Shown piece after piece: positions 7,968-18,142 of a DNA stretch of 36,327 nucleotides; within the stretch, counting starts at the first letter, position 1; every line of letters begins with the position of its first letter. The translations under genes were made by a program, and so were the position numbers. Origin of the DNA: Promethearchaeota archaeon (GTDB taxonomy: Archaea; Asgardarchaeota; Lokiarchaeia; Sigyniarchaeales; SOKP01); the NCBI GenBank assembly GCA_019058015.1, contig JAHLWH010000149.1, forward strand, positions 1-36,327, given 5' to 3'. The notes beneath the pieces are model-generated. The model searched no databases and was not told the origin of the DNA. It saw only the letters and a program-made list of their open reading frames with translations.

Positions 7968-9380
7968 TTATAAATTTTTAAGTTTTTCTTCATGCAATTT
8001 TGTCAATTTTATTCGATTTTCTGCTAATTTTTTTCCTTTGATGGGATAGAAATATAATCCAATGACACCGATCAATAGAACAATGCATGGAAAAATACCT
8101 ATTAGAAATTGAAGACCTGCTATTACATCAGCTCCTGGGTTCGGTATGTAAGTTGACCATTCAGTGCCAGAAAAAACCAAGCCAATTACTGAAAAATTAA
8201 TGACCGCCGATATCCGTATAAGGAAATTGATGATTCCATAGTAAATACCAGCTCGTCGTGTTCCATGCTTGATTTCATCTTCATCAATGATCTCCGCAAG
8301 ACATTGGTCATAGAAATAAATAGTTCCGCCCAATCCGATACCGGTGAATATCATCACAATGAGACCCACAACATAATCTGGTGTGAACATGTAAATCAAC
8401 ATACCAAATCCCCAAATTATCATTCCTAGCATTCCAACTATGCGAGCGCCTTTTTTTTTACGCAATTTTTCCCAAAAAGGTATAGTAAAAAAAGCTGTTA
8501 TAAAAGCCGCAAGCAAAACTAATCCTATTAGTTCTGAATCTACAACTTTATGTACATATGTCTCAAATAGAGGAATTAATGTAGGTAATAGATTAACACA
8601 GATCCAATAAGTAAGTCCAGGGATGAGAAATACTAGAAATGACTTATTTTTAAATGTAAATTTCATTGTGTTTATAAAAGACGGTGCGGTTTCAGCATCT
8701 TTTACAAATATTTTAGGTTCTCGAAGACCCCATTTCACTGCGATGAAAAGAAACACAATAACTATAATTGCAATAATGATTCCTGTAAGTTGATATTGAC
8801 CTAGTGTATAAGGATAACCAAATTGATTAGTAATATCTTCAATAATAAATGTAGGCATAATAAAAGCAAAAATTAATGAAATAAGTACAAACATTACACG
8901 GGTTCGACCTACTTCACTCCTTTCTTTCACAGAAACGAACATTTCCGAAAAAATTGCATTATAATTTAAATTAAATGCCGTGTAGACCGTGTCAAATATA
9001 ATAAGTATAATCAATAAATAAATAAGATTGACTACATCGGAGTTAGCATAGATGGGGGGTGTAAAAAGTAAAAACATTATAATCGCTAGTGGAATAATAG
9101 CACCGACCATCCATGGAGTTCTGCGTCCCCACTTAGTTCGTGTCCGATCAGAAAGATAACCAATAAGCGGATCATTAATACTATTCCATATACTCCAAAA
9201 GATAAAAGTTAGACTAATCCATAGAATTGGTAATCTAATCACAGTAAAATAGAAAAGAAAGATCAAAAATGAAAAGCTCTGGTAGGCAACATTATCTCCT
9301 ACTTCAGCAAGAGAGTAAGCCAATTTCATACGAGAATCTTTTCGAGATTTCATTTCGTTCTTAGAGTTCATTTCGTTCAT
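7968..9380 (-). CDS. MFS transporter, glycoside-pentoside-hexuronide (GPH/MelB-like) family
   Basis: WNSINDPLIGYLSDRTRTKWGRRTPW and EIIDEDE...G.RRAG.Y.G motifs; about 12 TM. Confidence 0.92.
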   Translation of the reverse strand: MNEMNSKNEMKSRKDSRMKLAYSLAEVGDNVAYQSFSFLIFLFYFTVIRLPILWISLTFIFWSIWNSINDPLIGYLSDRTRTKWGRRTPWMVGAIIPLAIIMFLLFTPPIYANSDVVNLIYLLIILIIFDTVYTAFNLNYNAIFSEMFVSVKERSEVGRTRVMFVLISLIFAFIMPTFIIEDITNQFGYPYTLGQYQLTGIIIAIIVIVFLFIAVKWGLREPKIFVKDAETAPSFINTMKFTFKNKSFLVFLIPGLTYWICVNLLPTLIPLFETYVHKVVDSELIGLVLLAAFITAFFTIPFWEKLRKKKGARIVGMLGMIIWGFGMLIYMFTPDYVVGLIVMIFTGIGLGGTIYFYDQCLAEIIDEDEIKHGTRRAGIYYGIINFLIRISAVINFSVIGLVFSGTEWSTYIPNPGADVIAGLQFLIGIFPCIVLLIGVIGLYFYPIKGKKLAENRIKLTKLHEEKLKNL

Positions 9381-9539
9381 TTTTTTAACCTTTTTTTTTA
9401 AAAATGTTTTGAATCGTTATGATTAAATTTTAAAAATTTATTATAATTTAACTCTTTGATTAATATCAATATAAATATTTGCTAAAAAAAGAGATTGCAT
9501 ATGATCCAGAAAAGAAAAAATAGAAAAAATAAATAATAT

Positions 9540-10130
9540 TTAAGTAATTTTTTTCTCTTTTAAGAATAATGCTAGAATGGATATAATAATGAGCAATATG
9601 GATTGTATTATCAAAGCAGGAAAATAATCACCGTTGGGCATTTTCAAACCTTCGAAACCGAGGATAAAAATAACTCCTCCTATTTGTCCAAACATCATTA
9701 AAAATCCGTTTGAACTTGCTTCTGAAACGGGGCTTGCAATATCTATAGCGTATTCTAAAGCAACTGGTGCAACGGAGATTAAACCGAATCCAAAAAGAAA
9801 ACCGAAGAGATATAATAAATTTTCATCATATGCAAATGAAATAATGAATAGAGAAATTGTTGCAATTACACACGATAAAATTATTAGAATTTCTCGTTTT
9901 TTGAATTTATCTGATAAAATAGACATTACTAAACATCCAATGATGCCACCTATTAAAATTATACTTCTAAATATACCTGCAAATATGGCATCATAACCTC
10001 TAGGTACAACAATTTGTTCTATATATTTAGTTATGGTATTAAAGACGCCAAGTCCAATGAGAAAAACGATAACTAATACTAGAAATTTTTTATTTGTAAA
10101 TAGTTTTTTGAGACCTGTAAACATAAACAC
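9540..10130 (-). pseudogene. C-terminal half (6 TM) of an MFS transporter; N-terminal half missing
   Basis: Begins in the central-loop sequence (EEKVFMFTGLKKLFTNKKF) and contains the second-half motif ILSDKFKKR. Only about 180 bp separate it from the uppS stop, so there is no room for TM1-6. Confidence 0.7.
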
Positions 10131-10312
10131 CTTTTCTTCTTTTTTATATTCCTAAAATCCAGTATCCAAAAGGTTTTGATGTAATTATTTCTGAGGGAGA
10201 AATTGAAAAAAGAGAGGACGAGCAATTGATATTCATAAAATTCAAAACTAAGGGAATTCATTCAATCAAGTTCATAAAAAAAGTCTAAATTATTAAATTC
10301 CTTTTACTTTTT

Positions 10313-11050
10313 CTATTTTCCCCTTCGCCGGGCTCTTCTTAGATATTCTCTAATATCTTCAACCAACATTTCTTCATTATAATCAGGCCAATAATCGTCA
10401 CGAAATTTAAACTCAGCATATGAAGCATCCCACAATAAAAATCCTGAAATTCTTGCCCCATCTTCCATCCCTGTCCGGATAATGTAATCCAATTCGGGAA
10501 AATCTTTAGTATATAGATAATTTTTAATTAATTCAATATTTATATCCTTTGGGTTTATTTTATCATCTAAAATTTTTTTCACGGCATCGACAATTTCTTC
10601 TTGACCATCATACATTATACATATATTCAAAAATTTTTTGTCATGGTCTTTTGTTGTTTCAATAAGTTCATTAATTTTTTCCCTCACATCAGGTGGCAAT
10701 AGTGATAATCTCCCGATTACATTAATTTTAACTTTTTCTTCTTTTATAACCGGATCGTTGCTGATAACATCAATTACATTAATAATCAAACCATAAATAT
10801 ACTGAAGTTCTTGGGGACTTCTTTTTTTAACATTTTCATTTGATAAAGCAAACACACTCAAGTATTTAATACCCAGATCTAAGAAGCTAAATAATATTTT
10901 CCTTAAGGTTTCATACCCTGCTAAGTGTCCTAAATTGAGATTAAGATTTCTTTTTTTTGCCCATCGGCGATTTCCATCGAGAATAAGTCCAACATGTCTA
11001 GGTAATTTGTCCTTTGCTTCTTTTTTCAATTCTTCCAAGTTATTGACCAC
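10313..11050 (-). CDS. uppS: cis-prenyltransferase (undecaprenyl/polyprenyl diphosphate synthase)
   Basis: HVGLILDGNRRWA, FALS.EN..KR, YDGQEEI, DYIIRTG....RISGFLLW..SYAE, WP and a C-terminal RRGK. Confidence 0.95.
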   Translation of the reverse strand: MVNNLEELKKEAKDKLPRHVGLILDGNRRWAKKRNLNLNLGHLAGYETLRKILFSFLDLGIKYLSVFALSNENVKKRSPQELQYIYGLIINVIDVISNDPVIKEEKVKINVIGRLSLLPPDVREKINELIETTKDHDKKFLNICIMYDGQEEIVDAVKKILDDKINPKDINIELIKNYLYTKDFPELDYIIRTGMEDGARISGFLLWDASYAEFKFRDDYWPDYNEEMLVEDIREYLRRARRRGK

Positions 11051-11325
11051 CTAGATCTAATAAATAAAATGCATTAAAAAAATTTTAATATAGATTTATC
11101 CATTAGAAAAATAAACAATCAATTATTTTTTGATTCAATATTGTATTTTAACATTAGTAAGAATATGAACGATTTAAATTATTAAAGTTAAGAGAATTTT
11201 TAAATATATTATAACCTTTTACAATTTTTAATAAATGATAATTTATTATATTAAACAGACATTTAAGTAATCCCTACTTGCTTAAAAATGGAAAATCTTA
11301 GTTTTAAATAATAGAGAAGATTTCT
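11051..11325. promoter_or_regulatory. Divergent promoter region between uppS and the mevalonate gene run
   Basis: Very AT-rich non-coding gap between head-to-head genes. TATA-like strings (e.g. TTTTAAATATATTATAA near 11197-11213) cannot be assigned uniquely. Confidence 0.45.
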
Positions 11326-12960
11326 ATGAAAAGTGATAAACACTTATTCAGTAATATCGGAATAGACTCAATTGGATTCTATGCGCCAAGATTTTACTTG
11401 AGTTTAAATGATCTTGCAATTATACGAAATGTTGATCCAAATAAATATAAAAAGGGATTACTTACAAAAGAGATGAGATTTCCTGAAGTAGGTGAAGATA
11501 TTGTATCTATGGGTATAAAAGCCGGTTATAATGCATTACTTAGGGGTCACATCAATCCAAAAAAAATAGATGCAATATTTGTTGGAACTGAGACAATAAC
11601 TTATGCAGTTAAATCAGTTTCAAACATACTCGCCCAATTATTAGGCATTTCTATAAATTCTTTAACACAAGATGTGTATAATGCATGTGCTGCTGGCACA
11701 CTAGCAATTCTTAATGCAATTGCTTTAATTGAAAAAGATATAATTAAAAAAGCATTAGTAATTGGAGTCGATGTGTCTTCCTATAGTTTAGGTAGTCCAG
11801 GAGAGCCCACACAAGGAGCTGGTGCAATTGCTTTAGTTTTATCAAAAAATCCACGAATTGCAACCTTTAGTAAGAAATTTGGAAAAATTTCAGGAAATAT
11901 TAATGATTTTTATAGACCTGCAAATGAATCTGTACCTCAAGTATTTGGACGATATTCCATTGATTCTTATCTTAATTTTCAATTAGGAGCATTTGATGAT
12001 TTAACTAGGAATATTGGAGATTTTTACGCAGATTATTATGTATTTCATGCTCCATATAGTAAACTAGCTTTAAAATGCATGCAGAATATAATCGTTAAGC
12101 GTTGGGTTAAGGATATAAGTAAAATTTTTAAAATTGAACCGCATCATGTAAGATCTTCAATTATTAAAAAAATAAATGACTTTATGCAAAATATAAGTTT
12201 CATTCCGGAATTTATAGGTGTAAAATTAAAAGATAAAGGATTGAAATTAACTCAACTAGACATCATGAAAAATTGGGTACTTACAAATATAAAAAATAGA
12301 GTAATTCCACAATTGAAAGTCCCTATGCATTTCGGTAATATGTATTCAGCTTCAGTTTGGGCTCAAATATTGTATATCCTAGAAACTTCTGCTCGTGTGG
12401 ATAATACAATTTATTTTGGTTCTTATGGTTCTGGGGCAACTTGTATCTCAGGTTTATTAAAAGTTCAGCCAAGATTTAAGCGTGTTGTTAAAAGAAAACC
12501 ACAAGTTGTTGATTTTCTTAAAATAAAAGAACGAAAAAGTGTTCAAGAATACGAACAGATAAAACAAGGTCTTTTAACACCACATATTAGCTTAGGACAT
12601 ATAGAGGAATACAAAAAAAATAAGGCAAAAGGTTTTACTCTGCATTTTTGTGATGAAGGATGTATAATTCCACAAATTGAGGGATTGAATTATTGTCCTA
12701 AAGGACATTCTGGTTTTTATGCGAAGTTTTTCCCATTATTTGCTGTATTAATTTCTGAGCCAATCGATACAAATGGAAATGACCTTAGCTTCCTAAAAAA
12801 AGATCTAGTAAGAATCCAAGGCTATCCAAAAATAGGAAATCTTTTAGAATGTGAGATACGCCGTGTTGAAAGTACGTTTGAAGATCAATCATTAAGTAGT
12901 GGATTGTTAAACTGGACACCCACTTATATTCCCTTAATAAATAGAGATCAATTTTTTTAG
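11326..12960 (+). CDS. mvaS: HMG-CoA synthase (MvaS-like) with an internal insertion and a C-terminal DUF35-like Zn-ribbon/OB-fold extension
   Basis: GIDSIGFY.P, EDIVSM, GTET, NACAAGT (catalytic Cys), GEPTQGAGA, DFYRP, FHAPY, GNMYSAS and GSYGSGA. The C-terminus carries CDEGC...CPKGH and KIGNLLECEIRRV...GLLNWTPTYIP. Confidence 0.92.
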   Translation: MKSDKHLFSNIGIDSIGFYAPRFYLSLNDLAIIRNVDPNKYKKGLLTKEMRFPEVGEDIVSMGIKAGYNALLRGHINPKKIDAIFVGTETITYAVKSVSNILAQLLGISINSLTQDVYNACAAGTLAILNAIALIEKDIIKKALVIGVDVSSYSLGSPGEPTQGAGAIALVLSKNPRIATFSKKFGKISGNINDFYRPANESVPQVFGRYSIDSYLNFQLGAFDDLTRNIGDFYADYYVFHAPYSKLALKCMQNIIVKRWVKDISKIFKIEPHHVRSSIIKKINDFMQNISFIPEFIGVKLKDKGLKLTQLDIMKNWVLTNIKNRVIPQLKVPMHFGNMYSASVWAQILYILETSARVDNTIYFGSYGSGATCISGLLKVQPRFKRVVKRKPQVVDFLKIKERKSVQEYEQIKQGLLTPHISLGHIEEYKKNKAKGFTLHFCDEGCIIPQIEGLNYCPKGHSGFYAKFFPLFAVLISEPIDTNGNDLSFLKKDLVRIQGYPKIGNLLECEIRRVESTFEDQSLSSGLLNWTPTYIPLINRDQFF

Positions 12961-13020
12961 AGTTCCCTTTCAGTCTCTTTCCCAATAAACCCGTCTATTG
13001 ATGTTTGAGATTTTTCCATT

Positions 13021-14232
13021 ATGATTCAATTTAAAAATCTTCCCAAGTCTTTTGGGAATCAATTAAGGAAGGACCATAATGATATTTTAAATTATTTAAT
13101 TAAAGAGGATTATAATATCCAATCTCTCCCTACAAACAGAAAAGCAATATCTAAAGAGGGAGAAGCATATACACTGGCATATCCTATTCAAGGAGTACTT
13201 AAATATCATGGGTTGGTAAGTAAAAAACACCGAATCTCTTATTTTCCCAGTGTTTCTTTTAATAATAATGTAGGTTTTACAGTCACTTATTTAAAATTTG
13301 ATAAGCAATTAAAAGAAGATACAGTAATTTTAAATGGAGAAAAATTATCAAACGATAATTTAAAGAAAATTACAATTTCTTTAGATCTAATTAGAGAATA
13401 TTCAAAAATTAAGTTAAAAGCTTTATTAATTTCAGGTAATTTTTTAAATTCTTCGCATAAATTGTTAACTGGTAAAGGATTAGGAACATCTGCTTCTGGT
13501 TCTGCAGCTCTTGCTTTAGCTGCAATTTCGATATTATATAACAATGAATCAGAATATATTGAAAATAATCGATTAATCAGCTTATTTTCTAGATATTTAG
13601 CTGGATCTGGAACACGTAGTGCCGCAGGTGGATTCGCACTATGGTTGAGTCATCCTACAATAGATCCATTTGACTCTTTTGCAATCCGCCTTGATAGAGA
13701 AGAACACAAAAAATTTGTTAATAACATTTCTCTTATAACTATTCCAATCAATTCCGATTTAAAAACCGAACAGGTTCATAAGATTGCCCCAAAATCGCCC
13801 TTTTTTCCTTCTTGGTTAAAAGAACGGAAAAAAAAGGTTTTTGATTTCTTTATAGCATTAGATAATTGTGATTTGAATAAAATTGGAGAAATAGCGGAAT
13901 ATGATACAATGTGTCTGCATTCAATAACAATGACCTCACAACAAAAGCAAAATATTATTGCTTGGAAGCCAGATACTCTATCAATTATTCTTCGAGTTCG
14001 AGAACTGCGTGCATCTGGTTATAATGTATATTTTTCAATTGATACGGGTCCTTCAGTGGTATTATTAACATATAAAAATGAAAAAAATAGTATAATTAAT
14101 AATTTAAAAGAATTAAATCCGAATTTGGACATTATTGAAGGAAAAATTGGAGGAGCAAGCAAGTTAATTCGTGCTAATTCTCCCAATGCTCAACTGCTAA
14201 AAGAAGACATAAATAAATTTAATATTTCTTAA
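13021..14232 (+). CDS. mvaD: GHMP-family decarboxylase, most likely phosphomevalonate decarboxylase (haloarchaeal/Chloroflexi type)
   Basis: AYPIQGVLKYHG...RI.Y.PS.S in place of the NIALIKYWGK of diphosphomevalonate decarboxylase. GLGTSASG P-loop, RYLAGSGTRS and catalytic SIDTGPSV are intact. About 45-aa N-terminal extension. Confidence 0.82.
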   Translation: MIQFKNLPKSFGNQLRKDHNDILNYLIKEDYNIQSLPTNRKAISKEGEAYTLAYPIQGVLKYHGLVSKKHRISYFPSVSFNNNVGFTVTYLKFDKQLKEDTVILNGEKLSNDNLKKITISLDLIREYSKIKLKALLISGNFLNSSHKLLTGKGLGTSASGSAALALAAISILYNNESEYIENNRLISLFSRYLAGSGTRSAAGGFALWLSHPTIDPFDSFAIRLDREEHKKFVNNISLITIPINSDLKTEQVHKIAPKSPFFPSWLKERKKKVFDFFIALDNCDLNKIGEIAEYDTMCLHSITMTSQQKQNIIAWKPDTLSIILRVRELRASGYNVYFSIDTGPSVVLLTYKNEKNSIINNLKELNPNLDIIEGKIGGASKLIRANSPNAQLLKEDINKFNIS

Positions 14233-14249
14233 ATAATATATGTAAAATA

Positions 14250-15530
14250 ATGAATGATATCAACTCTAGTATTCCTGGATTTTATAAATTATCAATTGAT
14301 GAACGCCAACAAGTAATAACTAAACTTGTTAATCTTAATACAGAAGAACTCAAGTTGTTAAAAAATTATGGATATATTTCTCCTTTTCAACTAGATACAT
14401 TAATAGAAAATGTTATAGGAAGTTACCATTTACCAATGGGTATTGCATGCAATTTTAAAATTAATAATAAAGATTATTTAATACCAATGGTAATTGAAGA
14501 GCCTTCTGTCGTAGCTGCGGCTTCAAATGCTGCAAAAATTGCTAGAAAAAATGGTGGATTCTATTCTGAAAAAATTAAATCAATAATGTTTTCTCAGATA
14601 CAAGTTACGAATATAAAAAATATGAATATTGCTAAAGAAAATATTGAGAAAAATAAGGATAAAATTTTAAAAATTGCGAATGAACAAGATCCAATTTTAA
14701 CAAGTTTAAAAGGGGGGGCATTTGATCTTGAAATTCATGAAATCTCAACAAAAAAAGGCCCTATGCTGATTGTCCATTTATTAGTAGATGTTTTAGATGC
14801 AATGGGAGCCAATGTAGTAAATACCATGGCAGAAGCTGTAGCACCTTATATTGAAGAAATTTGTGAGGGACAAGTTTTTCTTAGAATTGTATCTAATTTA
14901 GCCATACATCGTCTTGCAAGGTGTAGAGCTGTTTTTGATAAAGAGCTATTAGGTGGAGATAAGGTGGTTGAGGGTATAATAAATGCCTATGAATTTGCAC
15001 TCGCTGATCCTTTCAGAGCAACAACGCATAATAAAGGTATAATGAACGGAATTGTAGCTTTAACAATGGCTACAGGAAATGACACACGCGCTATAGAAGC
15101 TGGGGCTCATGCATTTGCAGCATTAAGTGGAAATTATTCTCCATTGACAAAATTTCAAGTTGATTCAGATGGAAACTTAGCTGGAGAAATAGAGATACCT
15201 CTTGCTCTTGGCATTATAGGGGGTATGACTAAAATACATCCGATGGCGCGATTAGCGTTAAAGATTTTGGATATTAAAAGTGCTAATGAGCTTTCTCAAG
15301 TAGCCGCTGCTGTCGGTTTGGCTCAAAATGTAGCTGCACTAAGGGCTTTAGCTTCAGAGGGAATCCAAAAAGGACATATGTCCCTACATTCGAGAAATAT
15401 TGCAAAATTGGCGGGTGTACCTGAAGAATTAATAGAAAAGGTTGCAAAAAAATTAGTAGAAGATAAAAAAATTAGAGTTGATCATGCTAAAGAAATTTTT
15501 AAAAAAATAATTGATGGTGAAAACCTTTAG
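14250..15530 (+). CDS. mvaA: HMG-CoA reductase, class II
   Basis: ENVIG, PMVIEEPSVVAA, DAMGAN, THNKGIMNG, GNDTRA and GIQKGHMSLH. Confidence 0.95.
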   Translation: MNDINSSIPGFYKLSIDERQQVITKLVNLNTEELKLLKNYGYISPFQLDTLIENVIGSYHLPMGIACNFKINNKDYLIPMVIEEPSVVAAASNAAKIARKNGGFYSEKIKSIMFSQIQVTNIKNMNIAKENIEKNKDKILKIANEQDPILTSLKGGAFDLEIHEISTKKGPMLIVHLLVDVLDAMGANVVNTMAEAVAPYIEEICEGQVFLRIVSNLAIHRLARCRAVFDKELLGGDKVVEGIINAYEFALADPFRATTHNKGIMNGIVALTMATGNDTRAIEAGAHAFAALSGNYSPLTKFQVDSDGNLAGEIEIPLALGIIGGMTKIHPMARLALKILDIKSANELSQVAAAVGLAQNVAALRALASEGIQKGHMSLHSRNIAKLAGVPEELIEKVAKKLVEDKKIRVDHAKEIFKKIIDGENL

Positions 15531-15618
15531 TTTTTTAAAATTTGTTCATGTAAGTTTTCTTTAAAAAAAAACAATAATGTAGATGAATTGTATTATTAAA
15601 AATAAGTCTTTGAGATGA

Positions 15619-16929
15619 TTGAAACTTATGGGATTTAGAGAATATATAAATCAAATTTATGAGAAAGGTCTTCTTCGAAAGGTAGATATTGAAGTATCAA
15701 AAAAATTAGAGATTTCTGGAATTTTAAAAGAAATTGAACCAACCCCAGTAATGTTTAATAATGTTAAAGAATCGGAATTTCGCGTGGTTGGTAATATATT
15801 TTGTACCAAGAATGTAATTGCTTCATATTTCGGCGTGACTCCGGTAGATCTCATACCAATGCTTTCAAAAGCAATTTCTGAACGTTCGGAACCAGAGATT
15901 GTTTCAAACGCTCCTTGTCAAGAAGAAATTGAATCGAACGTTGATTTAGATAAACTTCCGATTTTATTCCATTGTGAAAAAGATGGTGGGAATTATATCA
16001 GTTCTGCTGTTGTTATTACTAGAGATCCAGATTATGGACAAAATATGGATTTTCATCGAGCAATGCAATTTTCTAAAGAAAAATTTGCCACTCGAATAGT
16101 TAGAGGTCGTCATTTTCATAAATTTTTGGAAAAAAACAGTGAATTAGATGTAGCATTTTGTATTGGAAATACTCCTAACATTCTAATTGCTGGAGCAACT
16201 TCTGTAGATATTGGAGTTGATGAATTACAAATAGCAAATGCATTAGAACCCATTAGAGTTGTTAAAGCAAATTCAGTAGATCTTTTAATTCCTGTAGAAA
16301 CAGAATTTGTTTTAGAAGGTCGCGTTTATATGGAAGAAAGACACTCTGAAGGGCCATTTATTGATTTAACAGAAACCTATGACGTGATTAGAGAAGAACC
16401 TGTTTTTGAAGTCAAAAAAATCACTCATAGAAAGAAAGCAATTTGGCAAACTTTATTACCGGGAGCACTTGAGCATAAAATATTAATGGGAATGCCCCGA
16501 GAACCAACTATTTTCAAAAAAATAAATGAAGCAGCAGTTAAATGCTTGGATGTAAATATTAATCCTGGTGGATGTTCCTGGTTACATGCAATTATCCAAA
16601 TTGATAAAAAAACAGAAGATGATGGCAAAATAGCAATAGAAGAAGCTTTTGCTGGTCATAAAAGCTGTAAACACGTTTTCATTGTTGATATGGATATTAA
16701 TATTTATAACCCGTTATCTGTAGAATGGGCAATGGCAACTCGCTTTCAAGGGGATACGAGAATGATCATAAAAGATAAAGAACCAGGAAGTAGTTTAGAT
16801 CCTAGTGCCGAACCGGGTACAAAAATGACTACAAAAATTGGTTTCGATTTGACAAAACCACTTGTAGCTAAAGGAAAGAGTTATAATAAAGCAGATTTCC
16901 CTAAAGTAGACATAAATAAATATTTTTAA
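15619..16929 (+). CDS. UbiD-family prFMN decarboxylase, putative anhydromevalonate phosphate decarboxylase
   Basis: DLDKLPI, DGG.YI, FHR, EFVLEG, EGPFIDLTETYD, VEWAMATRFQ, GSSLDPS and KIGFD.T. It lies directly upstream of the AcnX pair and mevalonate kinase. The true start may be the ATG at 15628. Confidence 0.88.
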   Translation: MKLMGFREYINQIYEKGLLRKVDIEVSKKLEISGILKEIEPTPVMFNNVKESEFRVVGNIFCTKNVIASYFGVTPVDLIPMLSKAISERSEPEIVSNAPCQEEIESNVDLDKLPILFHCEKDGGNYISSAVVITRDPDYGQNMDFHRAMQFSKEKFATRIVRGRHFHKFLEKNSELDVAFCIGNTPNILIAGATSVDIGVDELQIANALEPIRVVKANSVDLLIPVETEFVLEGRVYMEERHSEGPFIDLTETYDVIREEPVFEVKKITHRKKAIWQTLLPGALEHKILMGMPREPTIFKKINEAAVKCLDVNINPGGCSWLHAIIQIDKKTEDDGKIAIEEAFAGHKSCKHVFIVDMDINIYNPLSVEWAMATRFQGDTRMIIKDKEPGSSLDPSAEPGTKMTTKIGFDLTKPLVAKGKSYNKADFPKVDINKYF

Positions 16930-16942
16930 GATATAGGAGTCG

Positions 16943-18142
16943 ATGAGATTGAAATTAACATCAGAAGAAAAAGATATGTTGGATGGCAAGCAAGGAAGAT
17001 CAACTCAAAAATCCATGGAGATATTAACCACATTAGGTGAGATATTTGATGCAGAATGTATGATTGAGGTTTATAGCGTGCAAATAGCAGGAGTTTCTTA
17101 TGCAAATTTAGGAGAAGCAGGTCTAGAATTTTTGAGTGAGATGGCAGAAGATGGAAAGGTTAGGGTTTTAACAACTTTAAATCCAGCTGGAATGGACCGA
17201 GAAAATTGGCAAGCTTTAGGAATTGAAAAAGAATTTGCAGTTAATCAAAACCGTGCTATAGATACCTTTGCAAAAATGGGAATAATTACAACATGTTCTT
17301 GTACACCATATTTAATAGGAAACGCCCCACATTTTGGTCAGCATATTGCTTGGGCCGAGAGTAGTGCTGTTTGCTATTCAAATTCTGTTATTGGTGCTCG
17401 AACAAATCGTGAAGGTGGTCCGAGTGCACTAGCTGCTGCTTTAACTGGAAAAACACCAAAATATGGCTATCATCTAGATAAAAATCGTCATGGACAGGTT
17501 TTAATTGAAGTTAAGGTTCCAGTGAAAGGTACAGATGAATTTGGCGTGTTAGGAAAAATAATTGGGGATAAATTGGTTGAATTAGGAAAGAAAATACCTT
17601 ATATTACTGGAATTTCTTCAGCAACAGTTGAGGAACTTAAATCATTCTGCGCTTCAGTGGCTACTTATGGAGGTACAGCATTATTTCATATGGAAGGCAT
17701 AACCCCAGAATATAATATGTATCCTAAGCCAAGAGATAATATTTTTGAAATTAATCAGGATAACCTTAATAAAACTCGTTCTGAACTTATTGATGATGAT
17801 ATTGAAATTGATTTCGTTAGTATCGGGTGTCCTCACGCTTCAATTCACGAAATAGCAACAATTGCAAGTTTATTGAAGGGAGAGAAAGTTAAAAAAGAAT
17901 TTTGGATTACTACTGCTCGACCTACAAAAAGAATCGCTGATGAAGCTGGCTATTCTAAAATAATTGAAGATGCTGGAGCAAAATTCGCAGCAGATACTTG
18001 CTGTGTTGTAGCTCCAATTAAAGGGCGTTTCAAGGGAATCATGGTAGATTCAGCAAAAGCGTGTTATTATGGCCGCGCTAAGAATAAATTTAAAGTAAAA
18101 ATTGGAACGATTGAAGAATGTGTTAAGGAGGCGACAATATGA
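16943..18142 (+). CDS. Aconitase X catalytic subunit, putative phosphomevalonate dehydratase large subunit ([4Fe-4S])
   Basis: QIAGVSY, TTLNP, SCTPY, WAESSAV, GARTNREGG, IGCPH, DTCC and DSAK, so the Cys ligands are present. Confidence 0.9.
   Translation: MRLKLTSEEKDMLDGKQGRSTQKSMEILTTLGEIFDAECMIEVYSVQIAGVSYANLGEAGLEFLSEMAEDGKVRVLTTLNPAGMDRENWQALGIEKEFAVNQNRAIDTFAKMGIITTCSCTPYLIGNAPHFGQHIAWAESSAVCYSNSVIGARTNREGGPSALAAALTGKTPKYGYHLDKNRHGQVLIEVKVPVKGTDEFGVLGKIIGDKLVELGKKIPYITGISSATVEELKSFCASVATYGGTALFHMEGITPEYNMYPKPRDNIFEINQDNLNKTRSELIDDDIEIDFVSIGCPHASIHEIATIASLLKGEKVKKEFWITTARPTKRIADEAGYSKIIEDAGAKFAADTCCVVAPIKGRFKGIMVDSAKACYYGRAKNKFKVKIGTIEECVKEATI

Noticed and set aside
9349-9378. 12-bp direct repeat TTCATTTCGTTC with 18-bp period at the MFS 5' end (NEMNSK/NEMKSR)
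   Set aside because: A two-copy micro-duplication in a variable N-terminus, with no sign of function.
13021-14232. Classical diphosphomevalonate decarboxylase (eukaryote-type pathway)
   Set aside because: It lacks NIALIKYWGK, and the cluster has IPK but no phosphomevalonate kinase.
15619-16929. UbiD as a quinone-biosynthesis or aromatic-acid decarboxylase
   Set aside because: Its position beside the AcnX pair, mvk and ipk fits anhydromevalonate-phosphate decarboxylase much better.
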